The notes: a model not told the origin generated them from the letters alone. Positions 9,796 through 19,253 are shown, counted from the first letter of the stretch. The stretch: 64,000 nt of DNA from an uncultured virus (IMG/VR IMGVR_UViG_3300032069_000001) (IMGVR_UViG_3300032069_000001:1-64000); one strand, 5' to 3'. Made by a program: numbers and translations.

Positions 9796-11172
9796 TTATC
9801 CAAGAACTGTTCTAAATCTATCAAAAGTAAATACAGCAGTTGTAACAGTTTTAGCATAACCCACTATTTGAACAACTTTTCCTGCTCCTGTTGGTGCTGT
9901 TTGCGTTAAACTACCGTCAACTGTATTTACAAATATATCTCCTCCTGGTGTCCAAGTCCACGAAGGATTAGTAACTTCACCCAAAACAACCATATCACCT
10001 ATGCTTCCTGCACTTAAATCAGTTAAAATAATCCCGCAGGCAGGCATAGTTGAAACCGAACTTGCATTTGCTTTTCCATATTCGTCTGCGGTTGAATTTT
10101 TAAACACAACATTGAAAGCACTTAATCCACCAGTTGCACTTTTTGCTTTAATTGTTAAGGCATTAGTTGCTGTTGCCGTGCCCGAGCTACCTACTATACA
10201 TATAATAGTTCCTGTTTCCGAAGAACCAAAAGTAATTGTGCATTGGTTTGTGGAATTATTGACTATGCTATCGGGAATAATAACATTTCCGCTGTTATCA
10301 ATAACCTGAACTATGGGATAATTCTCTAAATTGTGATTAACTACTACTGATGTCTGGCTTATAAATGATTGAACATATCTTGTTGTTGCAGTTGAAGACG
10401 TTGTTAATACAACCCTGAAAGTTACTTTTTCATTGAGGCTTCTACCAGAGACAAAAGTTACGGTATTATTATTCGTTTCGGCATAATCATCTGTAATTCT
10501 TTTTAATACACCATCACAAAATACCTGTAATGTATTACCTCCTGGAGTATAAGTAAATGGCAGATTAAAAACTGTTTGTCCATTCGTTGCATCAAAAGTA
10601 GCATAGTTTTGTATAATTTGACCGCCACCCCCGCCACCCATCTCCGTCCAATCTGTGCCGTCCCACTTCAGCATTTTCTTTGTATCAGTTTCAAATATCA
10701 TTTGTCCAACATTTGGAGATGCTGGACGGGCATCTGACGTGACATTATGAATACAAATATTTTTAATTTGATTTTTTGTTAAGTCAATATGACCAGCAAC
10801 TTGGAGTTTTTCCGTCGGCTCAACTGAACCTGTGCCAAGACCAACCTTTAAGTTTTTTATAGATACAACGCTGGCGTCTCCAGTTAAATCGTAAATATGC
10901 AAAGAACCAGTCAGCCAGCTTGGGGAAACAATAATAGAAAATTTCTGTGCTCCACCATTGGAACTGCCAAGTTCAATACTTAATTGTCCAGAATTTGTTA
11001 ATTTTATTCCACCTGTTTGCGGATTTGTAGGATTAAGCTGAACTCTTGTATCAAGGTCTGTGCGAATAGCAATATCTTCAGATGGGCTTAATTTAATATC
11101 AGAAGCCGTCATAGCTCCCGTAGAATTATATGGTAAACGTATTAAGTCTTTACTAATACTTGTTTTAGGCAT
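9796..11172 (-). CDS. Modular fibre/decoration protein
   Basis: RPASPNVGQMIFETDT..WDG motif, ATNGQTVF module, VNHNLENYPIVQV module. Confidence 0.65.
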   Translation of the reverse strand: MPKTSISKDLIRLPYNSTGAMTASDIKLSPSEDIAIRTDLDTRVQLNPTNPQTGGIKLTNSGQLSIELGSSNGGAQKFSIIVSPSWLTGSLHIYDLTGDASVVSIKNLKVGLGTGSVEPTEKLQVAGHIDLTKNQIKNICIHNVTSDARPASPNVGQMIFETDTKKMLKWDGTDWTEMGGGGGGQIIQNYATFDATNGQTVFNLPFTYTPGGNTLQVFCDGVLKRITDDYAETNNNTVTFVSGRSLNEKVTFRVVLTTSSTATTRYVQSFISQTSVVVNHNLENYPIVQVIDNSGNVIIPDSIVNNSTNQCTITFGSSETGTIICIVGSSGTATATNALTIKAKSATGGLSAFNVVFKNSTADEYGKANASSVSTMPACGIILTDLSAGSIGDMVVLGEVTNPSWTWTPGGDIFVNTVDGSLTQTAPTGAGKVVQIVGYAKTVTTAVFTFDRFRTVLG

Positions 11173-11183
11173 TATCTATACTC

Positions 11184-11411
11184 CTATGGTGTTAAATCCT
11201 CTAACCACGCAACAGTCGGATTGCAGAACGCCTGAAGTTCAAATTGAGCATCTGTAATTTGTTGTGCACGATAACCTGCTTCAATAAGGTCAACAGTCTG
11301 ATTGTAAACAATAATCAAAGGTAGCTTGGTTTCATCGTGTATAAGTTGCTCAACCTTAACTTTGCCGTGATTAGCGGATATATTTTTTACCCTTGTAATT
11401 TGTGCGGGCAT
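11184..11411 (-). CDS. Small protein, paralog of 11420..11680
   Basis: ITRVKNIS...WLEDLTP; GGAGG RBS. Confidence 0.65.
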   Translation of the reverse strand: MPAQITRVKNISANHGKVKVEQLIHDETKLPLIIVYNQTVDLIEAGYRAQQITDAQFELQAFCNPTVAWLEDLTP

Positions 11412-11419
11412 AAAACCTC

Positions 11420-11680
11420 CTACATTTTAGGTGTCAAATCTTTTAACCAACCACTTTTAACGCAATCGTGCAATTCTTTTTGTGCTCTTTCTATAACCTT
11501 TTCTCCAAACTTTTTTGTTTTTATAACTCTACCATCAAATATTGTAACTTTTCCTGTAAGGAGGTCATAGGTTTCATTCCACTCTATTCCGAATAATCCA
11601 AAAGTATCAAATAGTATCATACCCTTGTTTGGTGAAATGTTCTTTATCTTCGTTATTTTTGTCCAAAATAATGGTAACAT
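11420..11680 (-). CDS. Small protein, paralog of 11184..11411
   Basis: ITKIKNIS...WLKDLTP. Confidence 0.6.
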   Translation of the reverse strand: MLPLFWTKITKIKNISPNKGMILFDTFGLFGIEWNETYDLLTGKVTIFDGRVIKTKKFGEKVIERAQKELHDCVKSGWLKDLTPKM

Positions 11681-11687
11681 AGTTTAA

Positions 11688-11712
11688 TGGGGGAGAGTTC
11701 CGCTCTCCCCCA
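11688..11712 (-). terminator. GC-rich hairpin, probable terminator
   Basis: tgggggagag-ttccg-ctctccccca, a 10-bp perfect stem just after the 11718 stop. Confidence 0.65.
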
Positions 11713-11717
11713 GTTGG

Positions 11718-13205
11718 TTATAATGTTGCATACTTTTCTTCAATCCAAACGCTTATGTTATCGTTTGCGTTCGGAGCTGAAGCAAAAGTAATCGTAGATG
11801 AACCTGCAAGATGATTAACCACGTAGTCATTACCAGCACCTTCACGAAGCAATGCACCGTTAAGAAAAACCTGTTCGGTAAATGTAAGGTGTGTGTTCGC
11901 AAGGGTGAGAACTTGACCTACACAATCCGAACCGATTTTTTGAACTCTTAAATGATAGTGCAATGCGTTGTTGAATACGGTATGAGTATGTAAACTATCT
12001 GCATTTGAAGATGTACCAGCGGTTAATATTATGATGCTCGCTTCGGTTATTATCGTTATACCAAATGTCATACCCGTTCCTGGAATGGTAAGCATACCCG
12101 CTATACCGACATCACCCGTTGATGCGTCAACCGTAAACATTGTGGTCGCAACTTTGAAGTCATCGGCAACATCAAGGGTTCCACCTATGACCGTATCACC
12201 CGTAGCGGAAGCAACCGTAAACATAGTTGTCGCTACATCAAAATCTCCTGCGACGTGAGTGTCACCAGTTAAAGCAACAACCGTGAACATTGTCGTTGCA
12301 ACCCTAAAGTCACCCGTTGTGTCAAGAGTTCCACCTACAACTGTATTTCCTGTGGCGGAAGCAACCGTGAACATAGTGGTAGCAACATCAAAGTCTCCTA
12401 CGGAACGGAGAGTGCCTCCAACAACTGTATTGCCTGTCGCTGAAGCAACTGTAAACATTGTGGTAGCTACATCAAGGTCGCCTACTACGTGAAGTGTTCC
12501 ACCAACACCTGTATTCCCTGTAGCAGAAGCAACTGTGAACATCGTAGTCGCAACATCAAAATCCCCTACGGAACGGAGAGTGCCCCCAACAACAGTATTG
12601 CCCGTTAAAGCTTCAACGGTAAACATAGTTGTTGCAACCTTGAGGTTATCTCCAACATCAAGAGTTCCAGCCACAACTGTATTACCTGTTAAAGCATCAA
12701 CAGTAAACATTGTGCTATTGACTTTGAAATCGCCCGTAACATCTGCGGTCGTTCCTACGACAAGAGAAGTTCCCGCTTCAAGAGAACCCTGGGACTGCAA
12801 ATTGCCAGTCTCATTGTCTATTTCACACATCACGGAACTGTCGGATACCTTTTGCCATTGGGTAATGACTTTAATAGCCAAACTTCCACCAAAAACAACT
12901 GTAATACCTTTAATGTCGTTTGTATCAGTAACCTCGTTTCCAAGTTTGGTGTTCCCGTTTACGGTCAGGTCATTCGTAATGGTTGCCGACTGATTAACTT
13001 CAATGGTGTTGATTGAAGTAGTCGTGCCTTTTACAGTTAAATCTCCTTCTATAGTCGTTTCTCCGTAAACATGAAGGACTGCATCTTTTGCGTCCAAAGC
13101 ACTCTCATTTAATATCAGTTGACCAGCGTTGCCAACACCGCCCAACCCAAGAGTAAGGGAATTACCTTGTAACTGCGTGTCGGTTCTTATTTTAGTAATA
13201 GCCAT
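11718..13205 (-). CDS. Repeat-containing (head/neck) fibre protein
   Basis: Eight ~28-aa repeats GDFDVATTMFTVASATGNTVVGGTL; C-terminal VFLNG..GAGNDY module. Confidence 0.75.
   Translation of the reverse strand: MAITKIRTDTQLQGNSLTLGLGGVGNAGQLILNESALDAKDAVLHVYGETTIEGDLTVKGTTTSINTIEVNQSATITNDLTVNGNTKLGNEVTDTNDIKGITVVFGGSLAIKVITQWQKVSDSSVMCEIDNETGNLQSQGSLEAGTSLVVGTTADVTGDFKVNSTMFTVDALTGNTVVAGTLDVGDNLKVATTMFTVEALTGNTVVGGTLRSVGDFDVATTMFTVASATGNTGVGGTLHVVGDLDVATTMFTVASATGNTVVGGTLRSVGDFDVATTMFTVASATGNTVVGGTLDTTGDFRVATTMFTVVALTGDTHVAGDFDVATTMFTVASATGDTVIGGTLDVADDFKVATTMFTVDASTGDVGIAGMLTIPGTGMTFGITIITEASIIILTAGTSSNADSLHTHTVFNNALHYHLRVQKIGSDCVGQVLTLANTHLTFTEQVFLNGALLREGAGNDYVVNHLAGSSTITFASAPNANDNISVWIEEKYATL
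12100..12735 (-). repeat. Eight degenerate ~84-bp coding repeats
   Basis: TMFTV recurs 8 times; synonymous divergence at DNA level. Confidence 0.85.
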
Positions 13206-13224
13206 AAGTTTATTCCTCCTTTAA

Positions 13225-13686
13225 TTAAACCGCTTCTTCAACGGCATCAGCTTTTAATTTTAATCCTGTCAAGTTTGCGGTGCTTATTCCTGCTGGAACA
13301 AAACAGCGTATCCAGAATTTTCTTTCTGGATTTGTTCCGCTTGCCTCGGAAATCTCATCTAAATCAAGATAGCTTGTTCCCGCTATTCCGTAGGTATTCC
13401 ATTCTGTTTCATTAGGAACACTACCAGCAACATATTTGTTATCCAAAAATTTAAACCAAGATTTTTGTAATACTGGGTCGCTACCGCTTAAAGAAACTTG
13501 GGGTGTGACATATTTAAAACTTGCATCATCATTAAAACAAAAAAGAGCCAGCTCATTCGTGTCTCCGCTTCCACCTGACGTGGTATCAAACTTAAAAGCT
13601 TCAAACACGGGAACGCCAACTTGTCCTGCGTCGTCATTTATCAATATAGGCAATCCAACATCTGGCTTTATTTTAAAGTGTAGCAT
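13225..13686 (-). CDS. Virion protein immediately downstream of capsid (decoration candidate)
   Basis: Position; beta-rich; likely ATG start at 13686. Confidence 0.5.
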   Translation of the reverse strand: MLHFKIKPDVGLPILINDDAGQVGVPVFEAFKFDTTSGGSGDTNELALFCFNDDASFKYVTPQVSLSGSDPVLQKSWFKFLDNKYVAGSVPNETEWNTYGIAGTSYLDLDEISEASGTNPERKFWIRCFVPAGISTANLTGLKLKADAVEEAV

Positions 13687-13719
13687 TACACTCAATCCTT
13701 AATCCGAGAAGTATGAAAG

Positions 13720-13817
13720 GTGTGGAAGGGAGCAACCTTACGATTACTCCCTGAAGGCGTAGAGCGTTCATTTTTTTCCACACTATTCAATTTTAAAATA
13801 TAATATAGTTTCTACGC
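13720..13817 (-). terminator. Structured 3' element after capsid gene (GNRA hairpin within larger stem)
   Basis: Minus strand GGGAGUAAUC-GUAA-GGUUGCUCCC enclosed by GUGUGGAA/UUCCACAC. Confidence 0.6.
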
Positions 13818-13820
13818 AAA

Positions 13821-15245
13821 CTATAAGAGGTTCAACGGAACTGCCGAGCTTCCGACGTTGATTACCAAAGCACCTTTCTTCGGAGCGTAAAGGATAGGAA
13901 CTCCGTATAGGAGTATCATAAACCTAATCGCCGCCGAAATGGTTGCTAATGGTAACTTCATTATCGGTGCTAATTGCTTGAACGCCATAACTTGTATGGG
14001 GTTCATATCAAAGAAGAACGCAGGAGACGTTCCCTCAATGATTGACCCGTCGTCATATACCACAAATGTCGGGTCGCCAGGCGTGTATCCGCTGTCGTCA
14101 GCGGGAACAACAGTTTTCAGATAAAGAAACGCACCTGAAGCTGTCTGCCTGTAAATCTTGTAAGCTGTCGGAGCAGGCTGGTCTTGCGTCGGTGTTGCGG
14201 TCGGAATAGTGATGGTCAGAGCCACCCTGTTCGTATCCGCTACTGTCTGCACGATGGAACCGCCGACAGATGCACTTTCGCCGTTTGAGTTGACCGCAGA
14301 AACTTTCCAGTCATACGCACCCGCTTTCAGTTTGTAAGTTGTGCCTGCACCCGCACCCGAGGCAATACCTAACCCCGTAATCGCAGGAGCACCTGTCTGT
14401 CCAGGAGTAATAGGTGCAGAGCCTTCCCTGATGAAAACATCAGGATTGAAAGCATACACACCATTCTGGCTGGAGAAGTGAGTTATCGGAACACCGACAA
14501 CACCTTTTTCAGGAGCAGGTAGCTGAACACGTTCCCTCGGAAAGAAGGTCTTTGCAATGTTCGCTATCGCTTTTGTTGAAAGGAAGCAGTCAGTCACCAT
14601 ACCGTAGTTTATCGCTACGACCTGGCTCGCATTTTCAAGGATACCTTCAGAAATCGGCATACCTTGTGCGTCAATGACGTTTCCGCCATCGGCAAGCATT
14701 TTAGCATAGCCGTCAAACTGTAAGGGAACTTCCCTTGAGCTTCCGAAAAATAACGATTTTTCTATCGCTCTCATAATCCAGAGCGTTCCGTTCCTTGCTT
14801 CCAGGGCAAGAATATCCCCGTGAGCAGAGCGGACAAGAGTTGCTGGGTGCGTTACAACCCTGGTGCTTCCCAGGAATTTGACTAACGCAACCTTTCTTTC
14901 GTATTGTGTATCTTCTTCCCTCGGCAGACCGCCTTCCTGGAAGAACGCCCCGCTGTCAGCACCGTAATCAGTCAACCTGTTGTATTCCTCGGCTGTGCTG
15001 TATGCAGGTATTTTGTTTATCTTCTTCCAGAGTTTTACGTGCTGGTCTTGGAAGGTCAACACTTTCAATGTGCTTTCAAGCGACTGCGGTCTCAATGCAC
15101 CGCCACCAGTTTGAAATGCGACATCGTAGCCTGTTGAAATAGCTTTGTTCAGGTCATCAAGAATTGATGCAGAAGCGAGGTCGCCTCCGCCAAATCCCTG
15201 GAGACCTTCATAGTCGGCTAACGACACCATATTTTCTATTGACAT
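13821..15245 (-). CDS. Major capsid protein (Twort/SPO1-like)
   Basis: LNKAISTGY..GGGALRPQSLESTLKVLTF..KIPAYSTAEEY; Cps-like; follows protease and scaffold. Confidence 0.92.
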   Translation of the reverse strand: MSIENMVSLADYEGLQGFGGGDLASASILDDLNKAISTGYDVAFQTGGGALRPQSLESTLKVLTFQDQHVKLWKKINKIPAYSTAEEYNRLTDYGADSGAFFQEGGLPREEDTQYERKVALVKFLGSTRVVTHPATLVRSAHGDILALEARNGTLWIMRAIEKSLFFGSSREVPLQFDGYAKMLADGGNVIDAQGMPISEGILENASQVVAINYGMVTDCFLSTKAIANIAKTFFPRERVQLPAPEKGVVGVPITHFSSQNGVYAFNPDVFIREGSAPITPGQTGAPAITGLGIASGAGAGTTYKLKAGAYDWKVSAVNSNGESASVGGSIVQTVADTNRVALTITIPTATPTQDQPAPTAYKIYRQTASGAFLYLKTVVPADDSGYTPGDPTFVVYDDGSIIEGTSPAFFFDMNPIQVMAFKQLAPIMKLPLATISAAIRFMILLYGVPILYAPKKGALVINVGSSAVPLNLL

Positions 15246-15287
15246 ATTGAATGTCCTCCTTAATTAAAATTTTTGGAACTTTAAAAA

Positions 15288-16115
15288 TTATTCTCCGTAA
15301 ATCAAACCTTCCAGAGATTTATCAAGGACGCCAGTAACTTCAAATTTTGAAGTTGCCCCTACTGGAGCTTTGCCTGACACCTCAAGATTTGCAAGTTTGT
15401 CAGCGATTTGAGCTTTTGACAGTTCCTTGCCTTTATCTCCTTCGTTGCCTCTGAAGGATTTTTCTATTGACCTTCCGCTCTTTGATTTTGAAGGCATCGG
15501 TGCTTCACCGAATTCTTCAATGCTGTCGCCGAGGCTCTTAATGAAATCGTTCTGTGCTTCCTGCGATTTCAAAAATGCCTTTTTGAATTTCACATTGGAT
15601 TTCTCCAGGCTTTCAACTTTTGCGGAAAGAGTGTCAATGCTCTCGCTTAAGCTCTTTACGAGACTTGCCAAGAATTCCGAAACCTCAAGAGCATTTTTCA
15701 TCTGCTCGTTTGACTTTACGGTCTCGCTGAAGCTTTTCTTGGTTTCTTTCTTTTTTGCTTCTTCTTCGTCATCGTCGTCATCATCTTCTTCTTTCTTTCC
15801 TTTGGCTTCTTCGTCATCATCATCATCTTCCTTTTTACCTTTTGCTTCCTCGTCATCGTCCTCGTCTTCCTTTTTGCCTTTGGCTTCTTCGTCATCTTCT
15901 TCTTTCTTGCCTTTGGCTTCCTCGTCATCGTCCTCGTCTTCCTTCTTTCCCTTCGCTTCCTCGTCCTCTTTACATTCTTCCTCTTTCTTCGCCTTTTCAA
16001 CGTCATCAGAAGCAGTCACTTCTTCGTCGTTAATGGACTTTTCCAAATCCTCAACCGCCTGGTCAAGGGATTTTTCAACTTCTTCCTTGTTTTTGGTTTC
16101 CTTGCTCATATTCAT
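15288..16115 (-). CDS. Capsid scaffold protein
   Basis: Acidic DDDEEAKGKKE repeats, coiled coil, many KS/KA sites; between protease and capsid. Confidence 0.75.
   Translation of the reverse strand: MNMSKETKNKEEVEKSLDQAVEDLEKSINDEEVTASDDVEKAKKEEECKEDEEAKGKKEDEDDDEEAKGKKEEDDEEAKGKKEDEDDDEEAKGKKEDDDDDEEAKGKKEEDDDDDDEEEAKKKETKKSFSETVKSNEQMKNALEVSEFLASLVKSLSESIDTLSAKVESLEKSNVKFKKAFLKSQEAQNDFIKSLGDSIEEFGEAPMPSKSKSGRSIEKSFRGNEGDKGKELSKAQIADKLANLEVSGKAPVGATSKFEVTGVLDKSLEGLIYGE
15760..15965 (-). repeat. Tandem EEAKGKK(E)D(n) coding repeats
   Basis: About six units visible in the translation. Confidence 0.8.
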
Positions 16116-16963
16116 TTCCTCCTTTTAATTAGTTTCGTTAATCTATCTTTGTTTTTAGCGACGTAATCGCCAACGCAATATGCTGTCTCTTTATCCATTC
16201 CTTTGGACATAAGAAAGCTTGCGGTTTTTTTGGGACAGGTGGAAAAACTTTTGGAACGAACATATTCCTTAAATCTCTTTACATCTTTCTCAAGGCTTTG
16301 CGGAATTACTGGGTTGGTTCCTAAAGCCGTGCCTCCAGATGTAGAAATTGCTTTGTGCATTTCAGCACAACTTTTACTTCCCACTATTTCACACATACCG
16401 CAACAATTATGCGTTGGGTCGCCCATTGATTTTAACCATTCCTTATAGGGCTTTACCGTTGCAAAAGTGTTTAGGTTTTTCGGGTGGGGAGTTAGAGCGA
16501 TATGATTGATTAAGGCGTTTGTAATTTTTGAAACTCTGCGGTTAAGCGACTTGTCAAACTGCATTGCCTTCGCAAGCACTCGCCCGCCAACAGACCAACC
16601 AAGCCTGTTGTTTCCAGCTTTAAGTTGCTCCCATACTTGGTCTGCTATCTCAAGACCTTTGTAAAGTAGCGTCTTAATATGGAAATTGTTTTTATTATCA
16701 AACTTTGCTTCCAGAGGTTCACCGATTATGTATTTGGGTTCCAGTTTTGATTTGTGGTCGTAATCAATACGTCCGTGCTTCAATAAATAATTAAGAGACT
16801 TTTTTATAGCGGGAGAAGAAACAATTTCCCCGTCCATATCAAGGGTCTCATCTGAAGCTACACCATAAACAATTCTTTTCCCGTTTTCAACTCTTGCATT
16901 TGCTTTGTCTATCGGGAACCAGAATTCAAACTCTCCCAAATTTTCCAGAAGTTTTTCCGCCAT
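16112..16963 (-). CDS. Prohead (capsid maturation) protease
   Basis: GVASDETLDMDGEIV..IDYDH..GWSVGG..IALTPHPKN (HK97/herpes-fold prohead protease motifs). Confidence 0.88.
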   Translation of the reverse strand: MAEKLLENLGEFEFWFPIDKANARVENGKRIVYGVASDETLDMDGEIVSSPAIKKSLNYLLKHGRIDYDHKSKLEPKYIIGEPLEAKFDNKNNFHIKTLLYKGLEIADQVWEQLKAGNNRLGWSVGGRVLAKAMQFDKSLNRRVSKITNALINHIALTPHPKNLNTFATVKPYKEWLKSMGDPTHNCCGMCEIVGSKSCAEMHKAISTSGGTALGTNPVIPQSLEKDVKRFKEYVRSKSFSTCPKKTASFLMSKGMDKETAYCVGDYVAKNKDRLTKLIKRRK

Positions 16964-16972
16964 AATCTCCTC

Positions 16973-17167
16973 TTACAGGTCAATATTTTCAGTCGTGATA
17001 GGAATAGATACCACGCCTGCGTTTGCTACAGCATCGTTCAAAGATGCTTTCATCAGATTGCACATATCTTGCAACTTTTTCATCTCAATCTTTATAGCAT
17101 TGAGATTGGGGTCAGCATCAAAGTTGACCTCGTGTTTCAATCCAACTTTTTCGTCTATTGTCGGCAT
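16973..17167 (-). CDS. Small hypothetical protein heading the capsid operon
   Basis: Strong AAGGAGG RBS; downstream of consensus promoter. Confidence 0.65.
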   Translation of the reverse strand: MPTIDEKVGLKHEVNFDADPNLNAIKIEMKKLQDMCNLMKASLNDAVANAGVVSIPITTENIDL

Positions 17168-17207
17168 TTGACTTCCCTCCTTTTATAGAATTTGCCTTTT
17201 AAAACAA

Positions 17208-17246
17208 AAAGGCTAAAAGACATTTTTAATTTGTCCTTTAGCCTTT
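17208..17246 (-). terminator. Leader hairpin (possible attenuator)
   Basis: aaaggctaaa..gaca / tgtc..tttagccttt inverted repeat followed by a U-rich run on the minus strand. Confidence 0.55.
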
Positions 17247-17316
17247 GAATTCGCTCTTTGACCTTACACGACTGGTCGGAGAATACTCCCCTACTACTCC
17301 CAGATTATTTTAATAG

Positions 17317-17345
17317 ATTATAACATAATATCTCCTATTTGTCAA
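17317..17345 (-). promoter_or_regulatory. Consensus sigma70 promoter for the capsid operon
   Basis: TTGACA-17nt-TATAAT with extended TG. Confidence 0.85.
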
Positions 17346-17562
17346 GTGTATTCTTAATAATTGCGGTTGAATTCGCACTATTATTAAGAATGACGTGCGA
17401 CGTCAACTGAAAATGAAGTTCTTCTATTTTGTTTTCTGCTTTACAATGTGGACAAACAGCATATACGCCATCTGACTTCGCCAATATAATACGGTTCTTA
17501 ATCGCAATCTCTCCGTTAGAACGCTCTTGAACTATTTTCTGTCCACAGGAACATTGCCTCAT
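17335..17562 (-). CDS. Zn-ribbon protein (Mu Com-like)
   Basis: CSCG...VCPHCKAEN. Confidence 0.55.
   Translation of the reverse strand: MRQCSCGQKIVQERSNGEIAIKNRIILAKSDGVYAVCPHCKAENKIEELHFQLTSHVILNNSANSTAIIKNTLDK
17350..17391. promoter_or_regulatory. Inverted repeat operator upstream of -35
   Basis: attcttaataat (17350-17361) / attattaagaat (17380-17391). Confidence 0.55.
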
Positions 17563-17801
17563 TACTTCTTCTCCACCTGTCTATCCGATAGACGAATAAA
17601 ATGGGATAGAGATTTCTTTATTTTCTTAATTTTCCTAATTTTATCCCCCACATTATATTCAACGCCCAATTCATCTTTCATTCCAACCAGGGCACGCCGA
17701 GCTTGGATACGGTCAATTTCGTGTGGTAAATGCTCTATTTGGCGATGAATTGACCTAATATAATGCTTCATTCTGGTATCTCTGGTAGTTGCCTCACCCA
17801 T
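17562..17801 (-). CDS. Small basic hypothetical protein
   Basis: GGAGG RBS before ATG at 17801. Confidence 0.5.
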   Translation of the reverse strand: MGEATTRDTRMKHYIRSIHRQIEHLPHEIDRIQARRALVGMKDELGVEYNVGDKIRKIKKIKKSLSHFIRLSDRQVEKK

Positions 17802-18489
17802 TTTTCCTCCTTTTCTTGTGTTCAGCGATATGACATTTCTCGCAAAAGGTTTCTCCGTTATCAATATCCCAAAATGGGGAATAAATCATAACGGCATCAT
17901 ATAATTCCAGCAATGGCAAATTCTCTTTAACCTCTAAAAGTAGTTGTGAAAACGTCTTTTTTGAATGATGGGCGTTTAAAATACCGCCTCTTTTACCACA
18001 TTTTCTACAGGTAAAATCATCACGAATAAATACTTGCTGTCGCCATTGCTCATACCTTGAGGAAGCTCTTATGCGTCTTTTTATAGGAGAATTACCATTT
18101 TTATAATAAGGACTGTTTTTACCCATAAACAGCATAACCTTTCCTTTATTCCAGGGTTCCCTTTCTGATGTTTTTTTACCTATTTTTATAAGACTTTCTG
18201 GCTTATGTTTCCTGCCCTCAAAGAGTTTAATGCCTTTCTTTATTAAGCAAGCAGAAGAAGCATTATAACATCTTTTACTGTAATACTTTCCTCTACCATT
18301 CTTAATATCGCAAGGGTGAACATTAAATTCTTTACCACATTTTAAACATTTAACCTTTACTTTTTTGCCTTTATAGTAATTCGGGTGTCCAATTCTTTGT
18401 TTGCTCATAAGCAATTTAGTAGCTTCTGTTTGCTTAAACAGACCCCTTTTCCCTTTACTCCAGGGAATATGTCCTTTTGTAAATTTCAT
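17794..18489 (-). CDS. HNH homing endonuclease with NUMOD3 motifs
   Basis: FTKGHIPWSKG, PWNKGK, WRQQVFIRDDFTCRKCG..LNAHH..NGETFCEKCH; likely ATG at 18489. Confidence 0.88.
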   Translation of the reverse strand: MKFTKGHIPWSKGKRGLFKQTEATKLLMSKQRIGHPNYYKGKKVKVKCLKCGKEFNVHPCDIKNGRGKYYSKRCYNASSACLIKKGIKLFEGRKHKPESLIKIGKKTSEREPWNKGKVMLFMGKNSPYYKNGNSPIKRRIRASSRYEQWRQQVFIRDDFTCRKCGKRGGILNAHHSKKTFSQLLLEVKENLPLLELYDAVMIYSPFWDIDNGETFCEKCHIAEHKKRRKNG

Positions 18490-18491
18490 TT

Positions 18492-19253
18492 TTACACCTT
18501 TATCCACATACAGCGTTCCCCAGGGTGAAGCGGGAGACAGGGGAACCAATCGGCTCTCTTTCTTCCAAAATTTGACTTCCCTATCCAAACGTGCGTTTTT
18601 TGCATCGGGTCATTAGAAGATACTGGTGGATTATTAGTAAATATAAAGATTTTGCTATCTACAAACCTTCGGCACTCGTCACAAGCCCCAGGTAAAGAAT
18701 ACCCTTTTATTTTATCACCCTCCTGCAAAGTTGATAAAAAGCCCGTAATTGCCATCGTTGCTGTCTCGGTAACGGCAATAAGACGCCAATTCTTCTTTAA
18801 ACCATCAAACTTTTTATAGAGTTCGTGAGAAAGCTGTCTCGGGTGCTTCTTTTCCATATAAGCTCTTATGATTTCCCCTTTTACTTCCTTCCTAACTGTG
18901 TCAGAGATATTTGTTATGTAAATACCTATATTTTGCTCGGCTAACTGAAGAAGTTTCTCTTGGTGCGGTTTCAATGGAATTGCTTGTCTTATATGAAGAA
19001 TTACAGACTGTTGAGGCGTTAATTCATCTTTTCCTATCAGTTGAAAACGAGACCATTTAAGCTCTGGAATTTTTCTTAATTTATCAGGGTCTTCATTAAC
19101 CTTTGAATAAATACCAAGCATAATCCCCAAAAGCATTATTTTACTTACCAAATCAAAGGTTTCCTCTTTTGCTGGTTTAAACACCTCATCAATGGTATCA
19201 TCAATAAACTTCATTTGTTCGCTATTTGCTACGTTTTTCTCGTCATACTTCAT
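18492..19253 (-). CDS. MuF/SPP1 gp7-like minor head morphogenesis protein
   Basis: WRLIAVTETA..GACDEC..PLHPGERC. Confidence 0.75.
   Translation of the reverse strand: MKYDEKNVANSEQMKFIDDTIDEVFKPAKEETFDLVSKIMLLGIMLGIYSKVNEDPDKLRKIPELKWSRFQLIGKDELTPQQSVILHIRQAIPLKPHQEKLLQLAEQNIGIYITNISDTVRKEVKGEIIRAYMEKKHPRQLSHELYKKFDGLKKNWRLIAVTETATMAITGFLSTLQEGDKIKGYSLPGACDECRRFVDSKIFIFTNNPPVSSNDPMQKTHVWIGKSNFGRKRADWFPCLPLHPGERCMWIKV

Noticed and set aside
13812-13823. Stop-codon read-through extension of the capsid protein
   Set aside because: A second in-frame TAG follows three codons later
15427-16128. Ser-rich plus-strand ORF and other antisense ORFs (e.g. 12535..12993, 24873..25292, 42209..42886, 48817..49464)
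   Set aside because: Shadows of low-complexity or repetitive genes on the opposite strand; no RBS or motifs
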